This document shows, in pieces, positions 27,427 through 41,575 of a stretch of DNA of 64,000 nt. The DNA comes from Octopus sinensis. Its lineage: Eukaryota. Location of the stretch: NCBI RefSeq assembly GCF_006345805.1, contig NC_042997.1, forward strand, positions 18,538,001 through 18,602,000. The letters are read 5' to 3'. How positions within the stretch are numbered: the stretch's first letter is position 1; each line of letters begins with the position of its first letter. The position numbers were made by a program, and so were the translations under genes. Below the pieces are notes generated by a model that saw only the letters and a list, made by a program, of their open reading frames with translations, was not told the DNA's origin and did not search any database.

Positions 27427-27819
27427 AAATATAAAAATGTTGGATCCGATGCACCGCAGTATTTGTTAAAATATTTTTTTACTCTGAATAAAAATTCCAC
27501 TATGGTCTACTTGGGTGGTAGACTTAATTCATTATCTAATTTAACACTACCACCAGGTACCTTTGGTTCCTTTAGCAGTGTCAACACTGTCGCAATTATT
27601 CAAGCCAGAACTCCAACTTGAGGATACCTTTCTCCCTTTCACCATTTGCAGAGGGCCTGTAAAGAGTCATGGGTACTGTATCCTCTTCTGATAAAAAATA
27701 AAATATCTGATTTTGTAAACAAATATTTACTAGGATGTTTTATACTTTAACAGTCCTAAATAGTCTATGGAGGTGCATGGTTTGGTGCATGGTTCAGCTG
27801 TAGAAATGATTATCATTAG

Positions 27820-27965
27820 TGGAGGCACGTTGCTTAGTGGTTAGAGTGTTGGATTCATGACCATAAGATTGTGGTTTCGATCCCTAGATCAGGCAATCCA
27901 TTGTGTTCTTGAGTAAAACACTTCATTTCATGTTACTCCAGTCCACTCAGCAATAGAAATGAGTT
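27820..27965 (+). mobile_element. Family D tRNA-like SINE, partial
   Basis: GTGGAGGCACGTTGCTTAGTGGTTAGAG head and TTCATTTCATGTTACTCCAGTCCACTCAGC core. Confidence 0.7.
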
Positions 27966-28086
27966 TAGTCTGAAGAGGGATGGGCTCACCCTATATATGC
28001 TACATGGCTGCAGCACCCCAAAATGATAAGATTTGGAGTTTCAGGTATTAATCATAATGTACAGCTGAGTCATCCTATTATGATAT

Positions 28087-28132
<46 letters not shown>

Positions 28133-28304
28133 GCACACATCATATATATTGTTTACATTATAAAAATTTAGAAATTTTGTAAGATATGAAATAAACCTTT
28201 TTAAATGTTGTAACTCAAACTAGATAAGTCTATGAATAATTGTTGGCATCTTTTTGTCTCGGGAGTCAATGGAGTTGCGCATAAACTAACACAGTCTGGT
28301 TTTT

Positions 28305-28640
28305 ACATTTCATGTCCTCTCCATTTTCCTCTCCAGTTTTGCGCAGGCCTGGGCTAGATGTAAGACAATCCTGGGTAGTCCAATCGTCATGATTCCTCTC
28401 TCAACTTTGCTGATGTAGTCCAAAGGAGTGCAGAACATTACATTTGGCATCAGCTTGGTTGCAGGAGCTGCCGGAAGAGTGTCAAGTCGAACACTAAACC
28501 GCCTACGGGGCTCCACTCCGGATTTCTTTGAAGGTTGTCTCCTTTCCGTAACCCTGGATAGGGGCCCATACCGGGTACTGTCAGCCAGAGCCAGCTGAGC
28601 CCAGGACTCATGTCAGGCAGGGTCGTCACTCCCTGAAGTA
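28305..28640 (-). mobile_element. GC-rich repeat resembling an RTE LINE 5' UTR
   Basis: CCGGAGTGGAGCCCC..GGCGGTT..CGGCAGCTCCTGC..CCAAGCTG motif recalled from RTE 5' regions; not verified by search. Confidence 0.45.
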
Positions 28641-29304
28641 TTGAAGAAAATTGCCATCCACCACCTTGAATAATAACATGTAGAATATTGGTTAAAAATC
28701 CCTTGGATGGAAATGTCAAAGGCAGTCCATGGTATTTGAAGTCACATCTGTTTGTAAATATGGTAGACGGTCTACCATTATATTAAAACAATCCTTTAAG
28801 TTTTCTCCACCCATTTTAGAAGATTTGTTCTTACCAGCAACAAGTGTACATTATTCATATCTTAAGAATTTTTCATCCAAAGGTTTTTTTTAACCAACAT
28901 TCTACATGCTATAGCTTTATTTTTCTTTTAGTCAGAATAGGAAAGACAATGACCAATGCATGTTCTGGACCTGTTACTGTATGGAGCTTTGCTCTTGGTA
29001 GGCCCACCCAAGGCAGGCCGGTCTCCCAAGAAGGTTCCAGACTAACAGTGACCCATAGCACACTGTCTTGTCAATAAGATGGCAGACCCATCATCCAAAT
29101 ATACTGTGGAGGACCAACAACCCACCTACAAGAACCTCAACTTGTTATGACACTGACCAGAAGAAGCAAGCAAAGTGAATACTGGTGGCTGTTGTGATTT
29201 CTTTAAGCTGTTGGTGTTTTAAGTTTGTTTGTGATTTTGTTTAACACTGAAGCTTCTGAGTTTTATATTTCCTAGTTGATTTTTAGTTGCTAATAGAATG
29301 AAGG

Positions 29305-29535
29305 GTGGTTAGTGTATCAGCATCATGATTGTAAGATTGTGGTTTCAATTCCCGGACCGGGCGACATGTTGTGTTCTTTAGCAAAACACTTCATTTCACG
29401 TTGCTCCAGTCCACTCAGCTGGCAAAAATGAGTAACGCTGTGATGGACTGGTGTACCGTACAGCTGGGGAACATATACGCCATTGCAACCAGGAAACCAG
29501 GCCCATGAGCCTGGCTAGGCTTTTAAAGGGCGCAT
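29305..29535 (+). mobile_element. Family D-like SINE
   Basis: GGTTTCAATTCCCGGACCGGGCG..CACTTCATTTCACGTTGCTCCAGTCCACTCAGC. Confidence 0.75.
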
Positions 29536-29789
29536 TTATTTATTTTTAATAGAATGAAGGGGGCAAAATCAGGGTTTTTGTAGAAAATGTATACTTTTGA
29601 TTTGCAGTCGTGTTTTCATTGTATGATTTTGTTGGCTGATACTGAGAAAGATGTTCGATAAAGGAATTAGTTTGGCTTTGCTATTTAAGTGTATTACTTA
29701 AGGCTATTGTGACAAGGGACATAGTGTAGCCATTGTCATTGTTGTTGGTATTTACTGTAAACAGTGTTTCTCTATTTGTTTTGTGCTTC

Positions 29790-30470
29790 ATATTTTTGGC
29801 TGTTATTTCCTTCCTTAGTTGTTTGGTGTAAAGTTTTCGTCGATTGTGTATGGTTTTGGTGATTTGTGACTGAGCTTCTCTCTATTTGCAGTTGGTGATA
29901 TATCTAGTGAATTGTTGGGTTTGTATTTTATGTTGCTTCTTGGGTCATGGTCTTTAGATGTGCCGATATTTAATAATTTTGCATTGCAGTGTCTGTGTCA
30001 ATGATAATGGTGCTCTTGAGTTCTGAAAAATCTTGATTCTTTTTCTTGATGGAAGTCATTTGTTTGTTCTTTTAATTCTGCAAAGATATTTCTACTTTCT
30101 ATATTGATATGCATGTTTGGTGACAGTAACAGGCAGACGATCTAAAAAAAAGCAATTTATTTTTTGTCAGCTTGTTGTAATTTGGTGTGTGAAGCAGAAG
30201 GTAATGTCGAGGAAAGAGATCTTGTAGTTGGCTTGAAGAAATGCATTTGTGTGTTGGCATGTATAATTTAAGATGTAGAGTGTGTCCTTTAGCAATGATT
30301 TTGTTTCCCATCATTTTGTGTACCATTTGAAAACCAGATGTTTAGGGCATTGATATCATTCCCAGTGTTATTGTTTGGGAGAATTACAGTTTTGAAGTTG
30401 TAGCCAGTGGGATGTTTGGTGAAGCCACAGGGCCACGTATGAAATTATAGCATTTAGGTGATGCATGTTG
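29790..30470 (-). mobile_element. LINE fragment of the same family as 54690-57240
   Basis: CATCAAGAAAAAGAATCAAGATTTTTCAGAACTC matches AATCAAGAAACAGAATCAAGGTTTTTCAGACTTC at about 55035. Confidence 0.55.
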
Positions 30471-30810
30471 ATAGTTTAATTTGAAATCCTGCATTTTTAG
30501 CGTGATATCTTTAACCATTTGTTTATAAACAGTGCTCCCTTTAAGCTGTGCACTTGAGTGTGTGTGTAGCCGTGCACATGTTTTACAATTAGGAAAGAAA
30601 AAATATGCATACAAAAGGTTTTCAAAATGAAATTGTGTTTTTTAATTGAAGAAATTTGAGTGATAATTATTCATACAGTTGCACACATACTTTGCAAACA
30701 AAGATAAAATTTGTACACAATACACATTTCTGAGCATATCTGCAGCAAAAAAGTTATAAGGAACATTGTTTTGAATGTCAGTTTTGATATATTCTTTCTT
30801 TTCTTTTATA

Positions 30811-31011
30811 TTCTTTTACTTGTTTCAGTCATTTGACTGCGGCCATGCTGGACCACCGCCTTTAGTCGAGCAAATCGACCCCGGCACTTATTCTTTGTAA
30901 GCCCAGTACTTATTCTATCGGTCTCTTTCGCCGAACCGCTAAGTGACGGGGATGTAAACACACCAGCATCGGTTGTCAAGCAATGCTAGGGGGACAAACA
31001 CAGACACACAA

Positions 31012-31052
<41 letters not shown>

Positions 31053-31225
31053 CATATATACTTCAGGCTTCTTTCAGTTTCCGTCTACCAAATCCACTCA
31101 CAAAGCATTGGTCGGCCCGGGGCTATAGCAGAAGACACTTGCCCAAGATGCCACGCAGTGGGACTGAACCCGGAACCATGTGGTTGGTAAGCAAGCTACT
31201 TACCACACAGCCACTCCTGTGCCTA
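30811..31225 (-). mobile_element. Family B SINE
   Basis: Reverse complement of the 12725 and 24619 copies. Confidence 0.9.
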
Positions 31226-31764
31226 TCTATATAATAAATGTAAGATTTATTATATAGATATGATATGAAGTTGATAAAACTTCTACCTCCATTAGAAAAG
31301 GCTCTGCATAGTCTTATTGGTGTATAACTTAGAATAGTTGGTGTTAGGTTGTTTTAAAAATGTTTATTGAATTTTGCTATATTGATATTTTCAAAATAGC
31401 ATTGTATTCTGTAATTTTACATTTTTTGTCATATTAATATATTTGCGATTAACAAACATCTTTAATTGAATTTTGGACCAGACTAAGATCTTGGGAATGG
31501 CACTTCCTGTTTGATTTGTCAATATTGTTGTAACTGCACTTTTGTGGATTTTTCTAAATGTTGGTTTTTGGATTTTGTATAAAGGTCTTGAAAACTATAT
31601 AAGAATCTTACTTTTGAAAAGATATTGGGGTCTGTTACATACTGAGATTAAGCTTCTATTATTCTGCAATATCAGTATGTGATTGAAGAGAATTCTTATA
31701 CAATAGAAATTGATTCTTAAAATGGCATTCTTGCCATGACCTTCTTATATGCCTTCCCAAGCAC

Positions 31765-32095
31765 ATTAAAGGAAAGACCCCCTTTGGTCATGAGTGACCT
31801 TGGGATCGCACTTAGAGAGTTACTCTCTGAGGCACAAGTCCAGGCAAGGTTGTTTATGGAAGACCAGTAGCTGCCCATGCATACCAGCCTTCTCTCTTCA
31901 TGCCACTGATGTTAATCAAGGGAAAGACAAAGGCTGATACAACTTGGTACATATGATGCTGCAACTCATTTCTACAGCTGAGTGAATTGGAGCAATGTGA
32001 AATAAAGTGTCTTACCCAAGAACACAACACACAGCCTGGCTTGGAAATTGAACTCACTACCACATCATTGTGAGCCTGACACTCTAACCACTTTC
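31765..32095 (-). mobile_element. Family D SINE
   Basis: Reverse match to 49275-49555 (GGTCATGA..GACC, CAAGGTTGTTTATGGAAGACCAG). Confidence 0.8.
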
Positions 32096-35000
32096 ACACA
32101 GATATTATATCTGGTATCAATCTATTCCTTAGATAAAATTATAGGTGAGTATTAGAAGATAATTTGGTTCCATTTCTTGCAGGTCAAGTGACCATATAGA
32201 TGCTTTCTTGCAAAGTTGACTCAGCAGAGTTGATGAGAGTAGTAGATACAAGTGTAGGACCATTTTGAATATAATTTGTTTCTCTTGGCATTCTAGTAAA
32301 TACAAGTGTAGGACCATATTGAATATAGTCTGTTTCTCTTTGCAGTCTGAATTTACTTCTTACTGAGGACAGATGTACTTTCATCTCTTCAAGATTGATA
32401 AAATAGGTATCAGTAATATACTAATATTGAACTGATTGATTATATTCATTTTCTTTGCATAAGTGGTTTTGTAACCAGCCTGGTTTATTTCTCAGGTGAT
32501 TAAATCAATATGGAACAAGATATAATAGTGATATAAATTAATCAAAATATTTGATATAATAATGACATTGTAAAGTAACTGATGCAACTAAACATTCATT
32601 TAACTAATTCTATTGTCACATATTCTTAAGTTCAGAATTAATCCAACAATAATAAATAAAGAGGTATAAGAAATACTCTGTGTGTGTGTGGTATAGTAGT
32701 GCTTATTTTAAAGTGAGAGTAAATAGTAAAAGAGTATGGGATGCAGATTAAGAATAACATGAAATAATCTAAATATCAGTATAACTCAAACAGGCAGCAA
32801 ATAGCTGCAGACGAGAAAAAATATTTTTATCATAGCCTTCAAATAAAAAAGCAAGCAGAAAATATAATTATTGTTGTTATCTTTTTCTTTTTATTATTGT
32901 CTATGCAATTATTTTATGGTTGTTGTTGTTGTTGCTCAAGTTTACAAAACTGTCATATGTAAATGTCAGGAACAAATTGACAAACTACTAAAAGTTATAT
33001 CGAAAGAAGTCAACTGGAGATTAATTCATGTACACACATAACACATACACACACACACATTTTCTCTACGTTAAATCAAAGCCCTATAATTCTCTTGCAG
33101 TACTCTTCCATGTAGGTTCAACTTAGTATGCTATGTGGAAGATGGCATCATCTTTTCGGTAATTGGACGGGCTCAGATCTATAATCTGGTCAAGCCACAT
33201 TCAATCTGAAAGGATCAGATGGAAAAATTGATGTGTTTTCCAAGAATATGCTGCACTGAACAGCAAGTCAGGCATCAATTACCTTTTAGAATATAACACT
33301 GACAGCTATAAAATGAGAAAATAGTTTGATGGAATAGCTATAGTGCATAAGGTTAGCAGTGGGCTAAAATGAATTATTTTTTTTCTCAACAACAATGCCC
33401 TATCTGTTAGTTTCTTCATCATATTTGTGAATTCAGTCCACTTTCCCATTCTGATATCTATTCATGCTAACCTTGTGGCATGTGAGAAATCTTGACAGTT
33501 GAATTTTTGTAAATTGGATAAGGTTAATACTGACATATGAATACTTTAGAAATAACTAATTATCCCTTTTCTAAGTAATGACACCTATTTTGATGTTTAA
33601 TACATTATGAATTGTTGTATCATTATTCATAGTCACACTCTCCAGTTATAAATATGTTCATTGTTTTCTTTATTTTATTCTCTTATAACCAAAGCAAACA
33701 ATCACTAAACACACAGAGCAGGAGAAGGAGAAAATTGGAAAAGAGCAATGAGAGTATAGTGCTTCATGTATTTCTGAATTTTTATATATCTCTTGTAATG
33801 CAATTGAGGAAAAACATGCATTGCTTGTACTTTTACTACAAGATATTAGGAAAGCAACACAAATAGATGGAGGAGTGATACATATAGAAAAAGAGACAAT
33901 TATTCTGGACAGTGCTTAGGCTTTGATCAATGTGTTAAACATGGAAATGCTTTAGTAGATATTCTGAAAGTTTCTATGGTATATCAAAAATAAAGTTTGT
34001 ACTGAAGTGTTTCAGAAATATTTCCTTAGAATTGTAGGAATTGTTTCAAAATAAATAAAAATATTATAGACTATTCTGAAAAAGTACACTATAATAGTTA
34101 TGAAAGTAAAATTTAAGTAAAAGCTCTGTTAATTTTGGAGTATATTAATAATGTTGGTAAATTAAGGTTCAGAAATGCAAGAAAACTGAAATAGCAACAT
34201 ATAAAATTGCTACAGTAAGAACTATAGTATAGAAAAAAACAGCTCTGGTATTAGTAGTTGGAACATAAATGCAGGGAAAATATGAAGAGTATCTAATAAA
34301 ATGGAAAGTAATAAATTCTCAATAATAGTCTAAAAGTAAGAATTTATATATCTGATACAAATGCATATATGTTTGCAATATACATACACAAACAAATTTA
34401 TTGATATGCTTCTATTTATAGTAGCTACATCTTAGAATTCTAGTATGTCAACAATGGTTCTATGAGCCAGGAAGGAAGTATCTACAGGGTTATTTATCTT
34501 ACTAGAAATAGCAGCAAAATAAACACAAAGTATCATATTTATGAGTGAATAGAATATGATATTCTGACATACACATAAATTTCTCAAGAGCATTAAAAAT
34601 ATAATTTGAAGCGAAATTTCAGTAATCAACGATAAAAACTAGGCCTCAAATCAATGTTTCTATTAGGATGGGATTAACTCCCTAGGTGAGATGGTTGTGA
34701 GGACTGAATGTGTGGGATGGGAAAATTGCCATATTAAGAAAAATTAAGATGGTTTTAAACTTCTCTAATACTTTTGTAAAGAAAGAAAAAATTATATGTA
34801 TGAAAACTCCATTGTGTCCTCTAATTAATAAAAAGGTGTAGGGAAGGGGCAAAACATTTTCTGTTGTGTGATGATAGTAGTGGTGGTGATGGGGCTGGTA
34901 TTTGACAGTTTGAGAGCTGATGCCTCAGACTCACCAAACTATGAAAACATCCTCTATCCAGTGGTGCTTATCACATGCATTAACCCTAACAAGTCAATCT

Positions 35001-35437
35001 TACACTTATTTATCTTGATCTCACCCAATCATTTAATCCCATCTATGTTACAATTTCAAGATTTATGTTCTTGTACAAAAGAAACAGCATACTGAAATAT
35101 ATTTAGCTCCTACTCTTTTAGCTGAAGTAATCTTTAAACACAAAACGTTACATATAATATTAGAAAACATTTGGAGCAAGATCTCAGTATATGGAGATTA
35201 AATTCAATGCAAATAAGCACAAAACATTCAAAAGATATTTATATAGCTTATTTTCCTCTTGAGATTTAAATGTTAAGCAAAATATAAATATCAAGACCGA
35301 AGACCTCAGGATGTAGAAATGTAAATTAATTCAACTCAGCAACGGATAGTTTTTCCGGGTCAGTGAAAATTTGAACACAGATAAAATTATGTAATGCATA
35401 TACATCCATACATAGAAAGTTACATAAGCTTGTGTAT

Positions 35438-35470
<33 letters not shown>

Positions 35471-35856
35471 CTACTATATACCTACATACATACATATATA
35501 TCACATACATATATATGTGTGTATGTATGCACGTATGTACTCACTGATGCACACACACACATGTGCACGCACACATGCACACACACATACATACATATGT
35601 ATATGCATGTATACAAAAATTAAAAATAAAATGTCATCTGTCAAGTTATAATCTGAAGAATTTAGAAAGATGCTTGAAACTGCATAGAAATATAGTCATA
35701 GCTTGAAGCTTAACTTTGCTAACAATGATGTATGATTGTTATATTTATGTAGCTGTGTATCTTTTTCGTTTGTTGTCAGAGATCATACATACACATCTTT
35801 GCCTATGTAAATATATATGTGCATACTATAACTATACACATACATACATACATATA

Positions 35857-35917
<61 letters not shown>

Positions 35918-37920
35918 AGTTACTCTTATGTGTAACTCTGTGTTTATATGTGCATATGCATATGTGTGTGTCTGTGTGTCTCTATGTGTATATTTGTGTG
36001 ATTGTGTATATGTGGACAGTAAACTGTACGTAAAAAAATATGAATAAAATTTGAGACTCTGATGAGAGGAATGCCATTCAATCTCTCAACTGACTTGATC
36101 AACAATATCAAGAATAACAACTGCAATAATCAATAGACACAAAGGAAATTATTTCCTAAGCTGTTCTGCAGCTCAAATAATCAATAGTGCATTATTTCAA
36201 GGATAGGCCCCTGTCTTATAGAAAAGATGTTTTACTTCAATGTTTTATTTTTGTTGATGTTACTGCTGTTACCCTTTAGGAGGTATAAAATAAACCACAA
36301 ACTGTAGTAATTAAAAAGAAAATAATAAAACAAACTGTGATCATTTCTCCACCATTCTTCATCCTCCTTCTTATCATTGTCATCATCATCACCTTCATCA
36401 TCTTCATCATCATTGTGATGTTATTATTTGGAATTTTAGTCACAATGAAAAGGAAAGTAATATTTACGTTGTGCACACCATCATTGTTGCAAGTGGACTG
36501 GTGTTGCATTTGTCATTGCTTCTCAAACCTTCCAGGCAAAACATACATGTATCGGAAGTGCAATAACAAAACCTATTAAGAGTGAACCTTGCCTAAATAT
36601 GAAGATCACATTGCACTTGACAATAAGCATCACAACCAGACATGTGTTTGGATAATGTCTGTAGTGATTCCTTAATACATATGGTACTTGGGCATTTCTT
36701 TTATACAATGTTTACTTTGTTGTTAGGAGTGAAGATGAAGTTTGAGGTTTGTTTAATCATAGTGGCTGATGTAGTTTGTTGATTCAGAGTTTGATGGTTA
36801 ATGTTGAGGGATTGTAAAGATCTGTTTCTTATATTTGACAATACTACAAAATATTGAACAACTCTTATAAGAGACATTGAAAATGGTTATTATATCATTG
36901 GGTGAATTGTTAGAATCGTTTAAGCAGCAAATAAAATACCATGCTATATTATAATTTACACACTTCCATATTGAGTTCAAATTCTGCCCAAGTTGACTTT
37001 ATCTTTCATCCTACTGAGATTGACAAAGTATGGACTAGTCTAGTACTTCTGTTAATATTATCAATAGTCCTCTTCTCCCAAAGTCCTGACCTAGTACCTA
37101 TATTATAGATCATTAGAATCATGAAATTTCTGATGTTATAGATGAATATTCCCTGCACCACCAGGTGCCTTTTGGGTATATAGAATTGGGTTTGTATCTA
37201 GTACATAAAAGTTTCATCTGAGTATTTTTAAAAGAAGCTACAATTGTCTAAAGAAGGTCTGCATTTGGTACACGGGTTAGGGAGAAAAATTCACAAACCT
37301 TTGAAATTCTATTGACACACATAGTATTTTCACATGCAAAATAGTTACCATACATAATTATGTTACAAAATGAAATACTACATTGACAAAAAATAACAGC
37401 TCACAATCAAAGCATGTATATGAATGTACAAGATGAAAATAATACAAGAACTATCACAAATACTCAAATAAGTAGTTTGGGAGAAAAGGAGACAATAATA
37501 GTAACAACAACAGCAGTAGTGAGGATTACATTGAAGTCAAATACTGGGGTCTGTTCATACATCAGCTGTACTAAAGCAAAACTTTCCTTAATACGAAGTG
37601 AATAAAAAAAATGTAACTGATGATTCCCAAAACTGAGCAACAGTTTTTACCACAGGAACTAATACAACAAGAAGGCAAAGAGAAAAATGATTTACCTCTG
37701 CTTATGAAAGAATGGAAGCAGATTAGATCTCCCATCAAATCAAGTAGTACAAAAGACTCTTCCGGAAATTTTAAATGTTCACTCAACTGTAAAAAGTAAA
37801 AGTAAAGGCACTATCTGCTGTATCTTTAGATTCAGTCAAAACGTAGGTTAAAATTGTCAGATATACTTTTAACTCTATATCTCTGTCCCAGTACATGGGT
37901 CGAAGAAACAAGAATTATAA

Positions 37921-39198
37921 TATGAACATAGGATGAAAAGTTCATAGGCTGACTATGGAAGTATGATACTACAACTATGAAATCTTGCATGCATTCATTT
38001 CAGCTCTTTTTCTCAATAACTGTATCATTTCTTTCCAGGTAAACTGATATCTGACTGTTCAAAGAACACTTCAGCTGTAACTAGTAGCAGCTTTTCTTGA
38101 AAATGGCCAACATTTGGAATCCTGGTATTGTCAAGAACCTGCAAAAAAAAAAAGCAGTTTAGCCCCAAGGACATTCATGCTGACATGGTTGCTAAGTTAA
38201 GGAATGACTCTGCAACCTTATCAACAGTGCATAAGTGGGAAGCTGAATTTAGGAAGTGAGTATTGAAGATGGTCCAAGGTCTGGACGTCCTGCAACTACC
38301 CTCACCAAAAAGCAAACATTGATCACACCTCGTGGTAATGGATTACTGGCGATTGACAATAATTCTAATAGCTAATGCTATTGGCATATACTGTGAGAAA
38401 GTTGAGAATATTCTGCACAATAAACTTGGCATTTTTGGCATAATAAAGGTTTCTGTTCAGTAGGTGCTACGTTTTCTGACGTCTAATCAAATGTGCAACA
38501 GGCTGATCATATCACGGGAAAATATGACATTGTTTGAGGCAGATCCAGCTGGTTTTCTTAAATATTTCCTAACCCAGGATGAACGATAGGTTCATTACTT
38601 TGAGCCAGAGACAAAGAAACAATCCATGCAGTGGAAACACCCCGCTCATCTTCTCCAATGAAGGCCAAGGTCATTTCATCTGCAGGGAAGGTGATGCAAA
38701 AGAGGTGTGTATTAACTATCCTTAAAAAGGCCATACTATCAATGGAGAGTACCATGCCAACTTGTTGAGGCAGTTACAAAAAAGGATCAAGACCAAACGC
38801 CCAGGAAAACTGATGAAGTGGGTCTTGTTTCATCAGGACAATGCTCCAGCACACAAATTCTTCGTTTCAATAGCTGCTGTGCATGACTGTGACATCAAAC
38901 ATTTTAGTCAGCTTCCCTATTCTGATATCATATGACTATCATTTCTTCCCTAACACGAACAAAACACTTGGCTATGAATCAGTATTGCAGTGATGATTAC
39001 CTCATACTTTCTGTTGATGACTTTTTTTACCAACAGGATGAAAGCTTCTTCTCCAATGGGATTGAAGAACTGCAACACCGATAAAAGAAGTGTTTGGTGG
39101 GGACAGCAAGGGGGTCTATATTGAAAAATGATCCTCATTTGGTCACATTCCATGAGAGTATCTTGGTCAGCCCATGAACTTTTCAGCTGACCCTCGTA
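37921..39198 (+). mobile_element. Mariner (Tc1/mariner, DD34D) transposon, near full length, transposase pseudogenised
   Basis: TIR core TGAAAAGTTCAT(A/G)GGCTGAC at both ends with terminal TA; PKDIHADMV, RSGRPAT, FLTQDE, HYFEPETKKQSMQWKH, FHQDNAPAH, LPYS and DYHFFPN motifs broken by stops and frameshifts. Confidence 0.92.
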
Positions 39199-40200
39199 AA
39201 AGACATCGGACATGATGTAGATCTATGGCTAAAAATCACTTTTATATTTACATGTGATCAAAGTTGGATTAATAAAGGGTGCAATATGGTCAGAAGGTAC
39301 CAAAATGGGTTTGCAAATCGTAATGATGCCTGAAGACTACAGAGCCATATCGGTATGGTACATGGCAGAAGGCACCAAAACAAGTGGCATGAGATTAATA
39401 ATATAGGACAGAAAGCCTAGCAGCTATATTTCTTGGAGAAAAACATGCCTCAAATATGAATGCTGGAAGGAACTGGAAAGACTAATTTAACAAAAACAGA
39501 AAATATAGCCAAAAATAATGAAAAATCAATTGGCTCAACAAAAATGGACAACAAACTCCAAATTCTAGAGCATTACCAACCAAAATTTCTGGGCTGACAA
39601 GAGAAATATCTTTATGTCCAGTATCAAGAACAGATGAGCAAACATTACGTTCCTTAACTATGCCAACCAGTAGTACCACATTTTTATCGAGCAATGAGAA
39701 AGAAATAGTAATAACTTATAAAACTTTACAAACTTTACGAAAGTGAAATGAAAGATAAAAATATAACATGGGGAAATCATACTCAATATAAAACAACAAA
39801 AACAGTTGAGGAAGAATTTCTTCCACATAAAAAATGACCCCTAAAAAGTTTTTAAAATAAAACAAAGTGTTAATGGATAAATGTATGCATTTGTGGTGCT
39901 ATAGACTTCCTGAACAAGTTATAATAACAAGAAACACTTAGGTTTAGAATATATACATGAAAAGGATTGATTATTTATAAAAAGAAAATGAAGATATTGC
40001 ACTGAATATAAAGCGATTACTTTCAAGAGTCTGGTGTTCAGTTTTCTCAAATAAATGCTTCATGGTGCACCCATTTGCAATTGTACTCTTTTTGAAATAG
40101 TTAAACGGACTGGGTTAATTCTTATTCTTGAATTGTTTCCGTGTTTACTTTTTACTTCCATAGATTCTGGAAATTGTGTTTCTATAAAAATATATATAGA

Positions 40201-40483
40201 ATCGTGACGCATATTTGCCATTTGAATATGGCTAACCCATAAGGGTGGATGCTACTGTAGTTTGTAGCCCCAGGAAGATACCTCCTCCAGCTGGCTATAG
40301 ACACACTTTCTGTGTCCTATCAGTATTTGTGAAGGGAAGTCATCCTTCCCTTCACAAATACTGATGGGGCACAGAAAGTGTGTCTATAGCCAGCTGGAGG
40401 AGGTATCCTCCTGGGGCTACAAACTACAGTAGCATCCACCCTTATGGGTTAGCCATATTCAAATGGCAAATATGCGTCACGAT
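40201..40483. repeat. Near-perfect 283-bp palindrome (139-bp arms, 5-nt loop)
   Basis: 40201-40339 is the reverse complement of 40345-40483 with 3 mismatches. Confidence 0.97.
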
Positions 40484-40749
40484 GTGTTACCGATACTGTT
40501 TATAACTCGCTCTGAGATTTATCATTATATATAGAATGTTTATATTAATTTAATTTGTCATGACTTTTATTTTGAGAATGTTAAAACTTCACTATTTTTC
40601 AAATTAGAATTTAGAGGATCCAGTCTGCAGATGATCGATGATGGAAGTGTCCAGTTTCCTGGAATAACCTGATTCTACCAACGTGAAGGATTTTCATCCA
40701 AGTGTCCGTATATTTCTCTTGTATTTAAAAAGCCTTTCTTAATATATTT

Positions 40750-41135
40750 ACTCTCTTTTACTTGTTTCAGTCATTTGACTGCGGCCATGCTGGAGCACCG
40801 CCTTTAATCGAGCAACTCGACCCCGGGACTTATTCTTTTTGTAAGCCCAGTACTTATTCTATCGGTCTCTTTTGCCGAACCGCTAAGTAACGGGGACATA
40901 AGCACACCAGCATCGGTTGTCAAGCAATGCTAGGGGGACAAACACAGACACACAAACACACACATGCACATATATATATATATACATATATACGACGGGA
41001 TTCTTTCAGTTTCCGTCTACCAAATCCACTCACAAGGCTTTGGTCGGCCTGAGGCTATAGTAGAAGGTGCCACGCAGTGGGACTGAACCCGGAACCATGT
41101 GGTTGGTAAACAAGCTACTTACCACACAGCCACGC
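40750..41135 (-). mobile_element. Family B SINE with small internal deletion
   Basis: Reverse match to the family; lacks ACACTTGCCCAAG between two AAG triplets. Confidence 0.9.
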
Positions 41136-41532
41136 ACTGCATTTTCTTCTATGTTCCCCATTCATCATAAATACAAATATCCTTACACAGTTTGTAATTT
41201 CTTTTGTATGTATGAGGCCTTATGGCGAATAAAACGTGGTCATCATAGTTACCATCATTGGATAATACCGTGAGATGTGTTTAACAGAACTCCCTCTGAA
41301 TTTTCTTTCAATTACTGAATGAAAAATTTAGGGTTAAGGTATCTGTGCATCGTTTTGTTTGTTGTAGTTTACAAAGAACTAAAAGGAAAGATAGTTTTGA
41401 AATCATCTTGGTTTTTAAGTCAGTTTACTTCTTTCACAAGCGTTCATGGGGATTTTCATTTTCAAAAAAAATTTTAATGTGGCATCATCCGTGTTAACAG
41501 CTGTAAGTAACTTCTCTGTGGTAGTAGCAGTC

Positions 41533-41575
<43 letters not shown>

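Noticed and set aside
27560-27690. Minus-strand exon candidate with a GTATCCTC U12-like donor
   Set aside because: Imperfect match to GTATCCTT, no U12 branch point seen, and phase incompatible with neighbouring candidates.
36460-36587. Open minus-strand exon candidate ARFTLNRFCYC...
   Set aside because: Competes with another phase-2 upstream exon and has no independent support.
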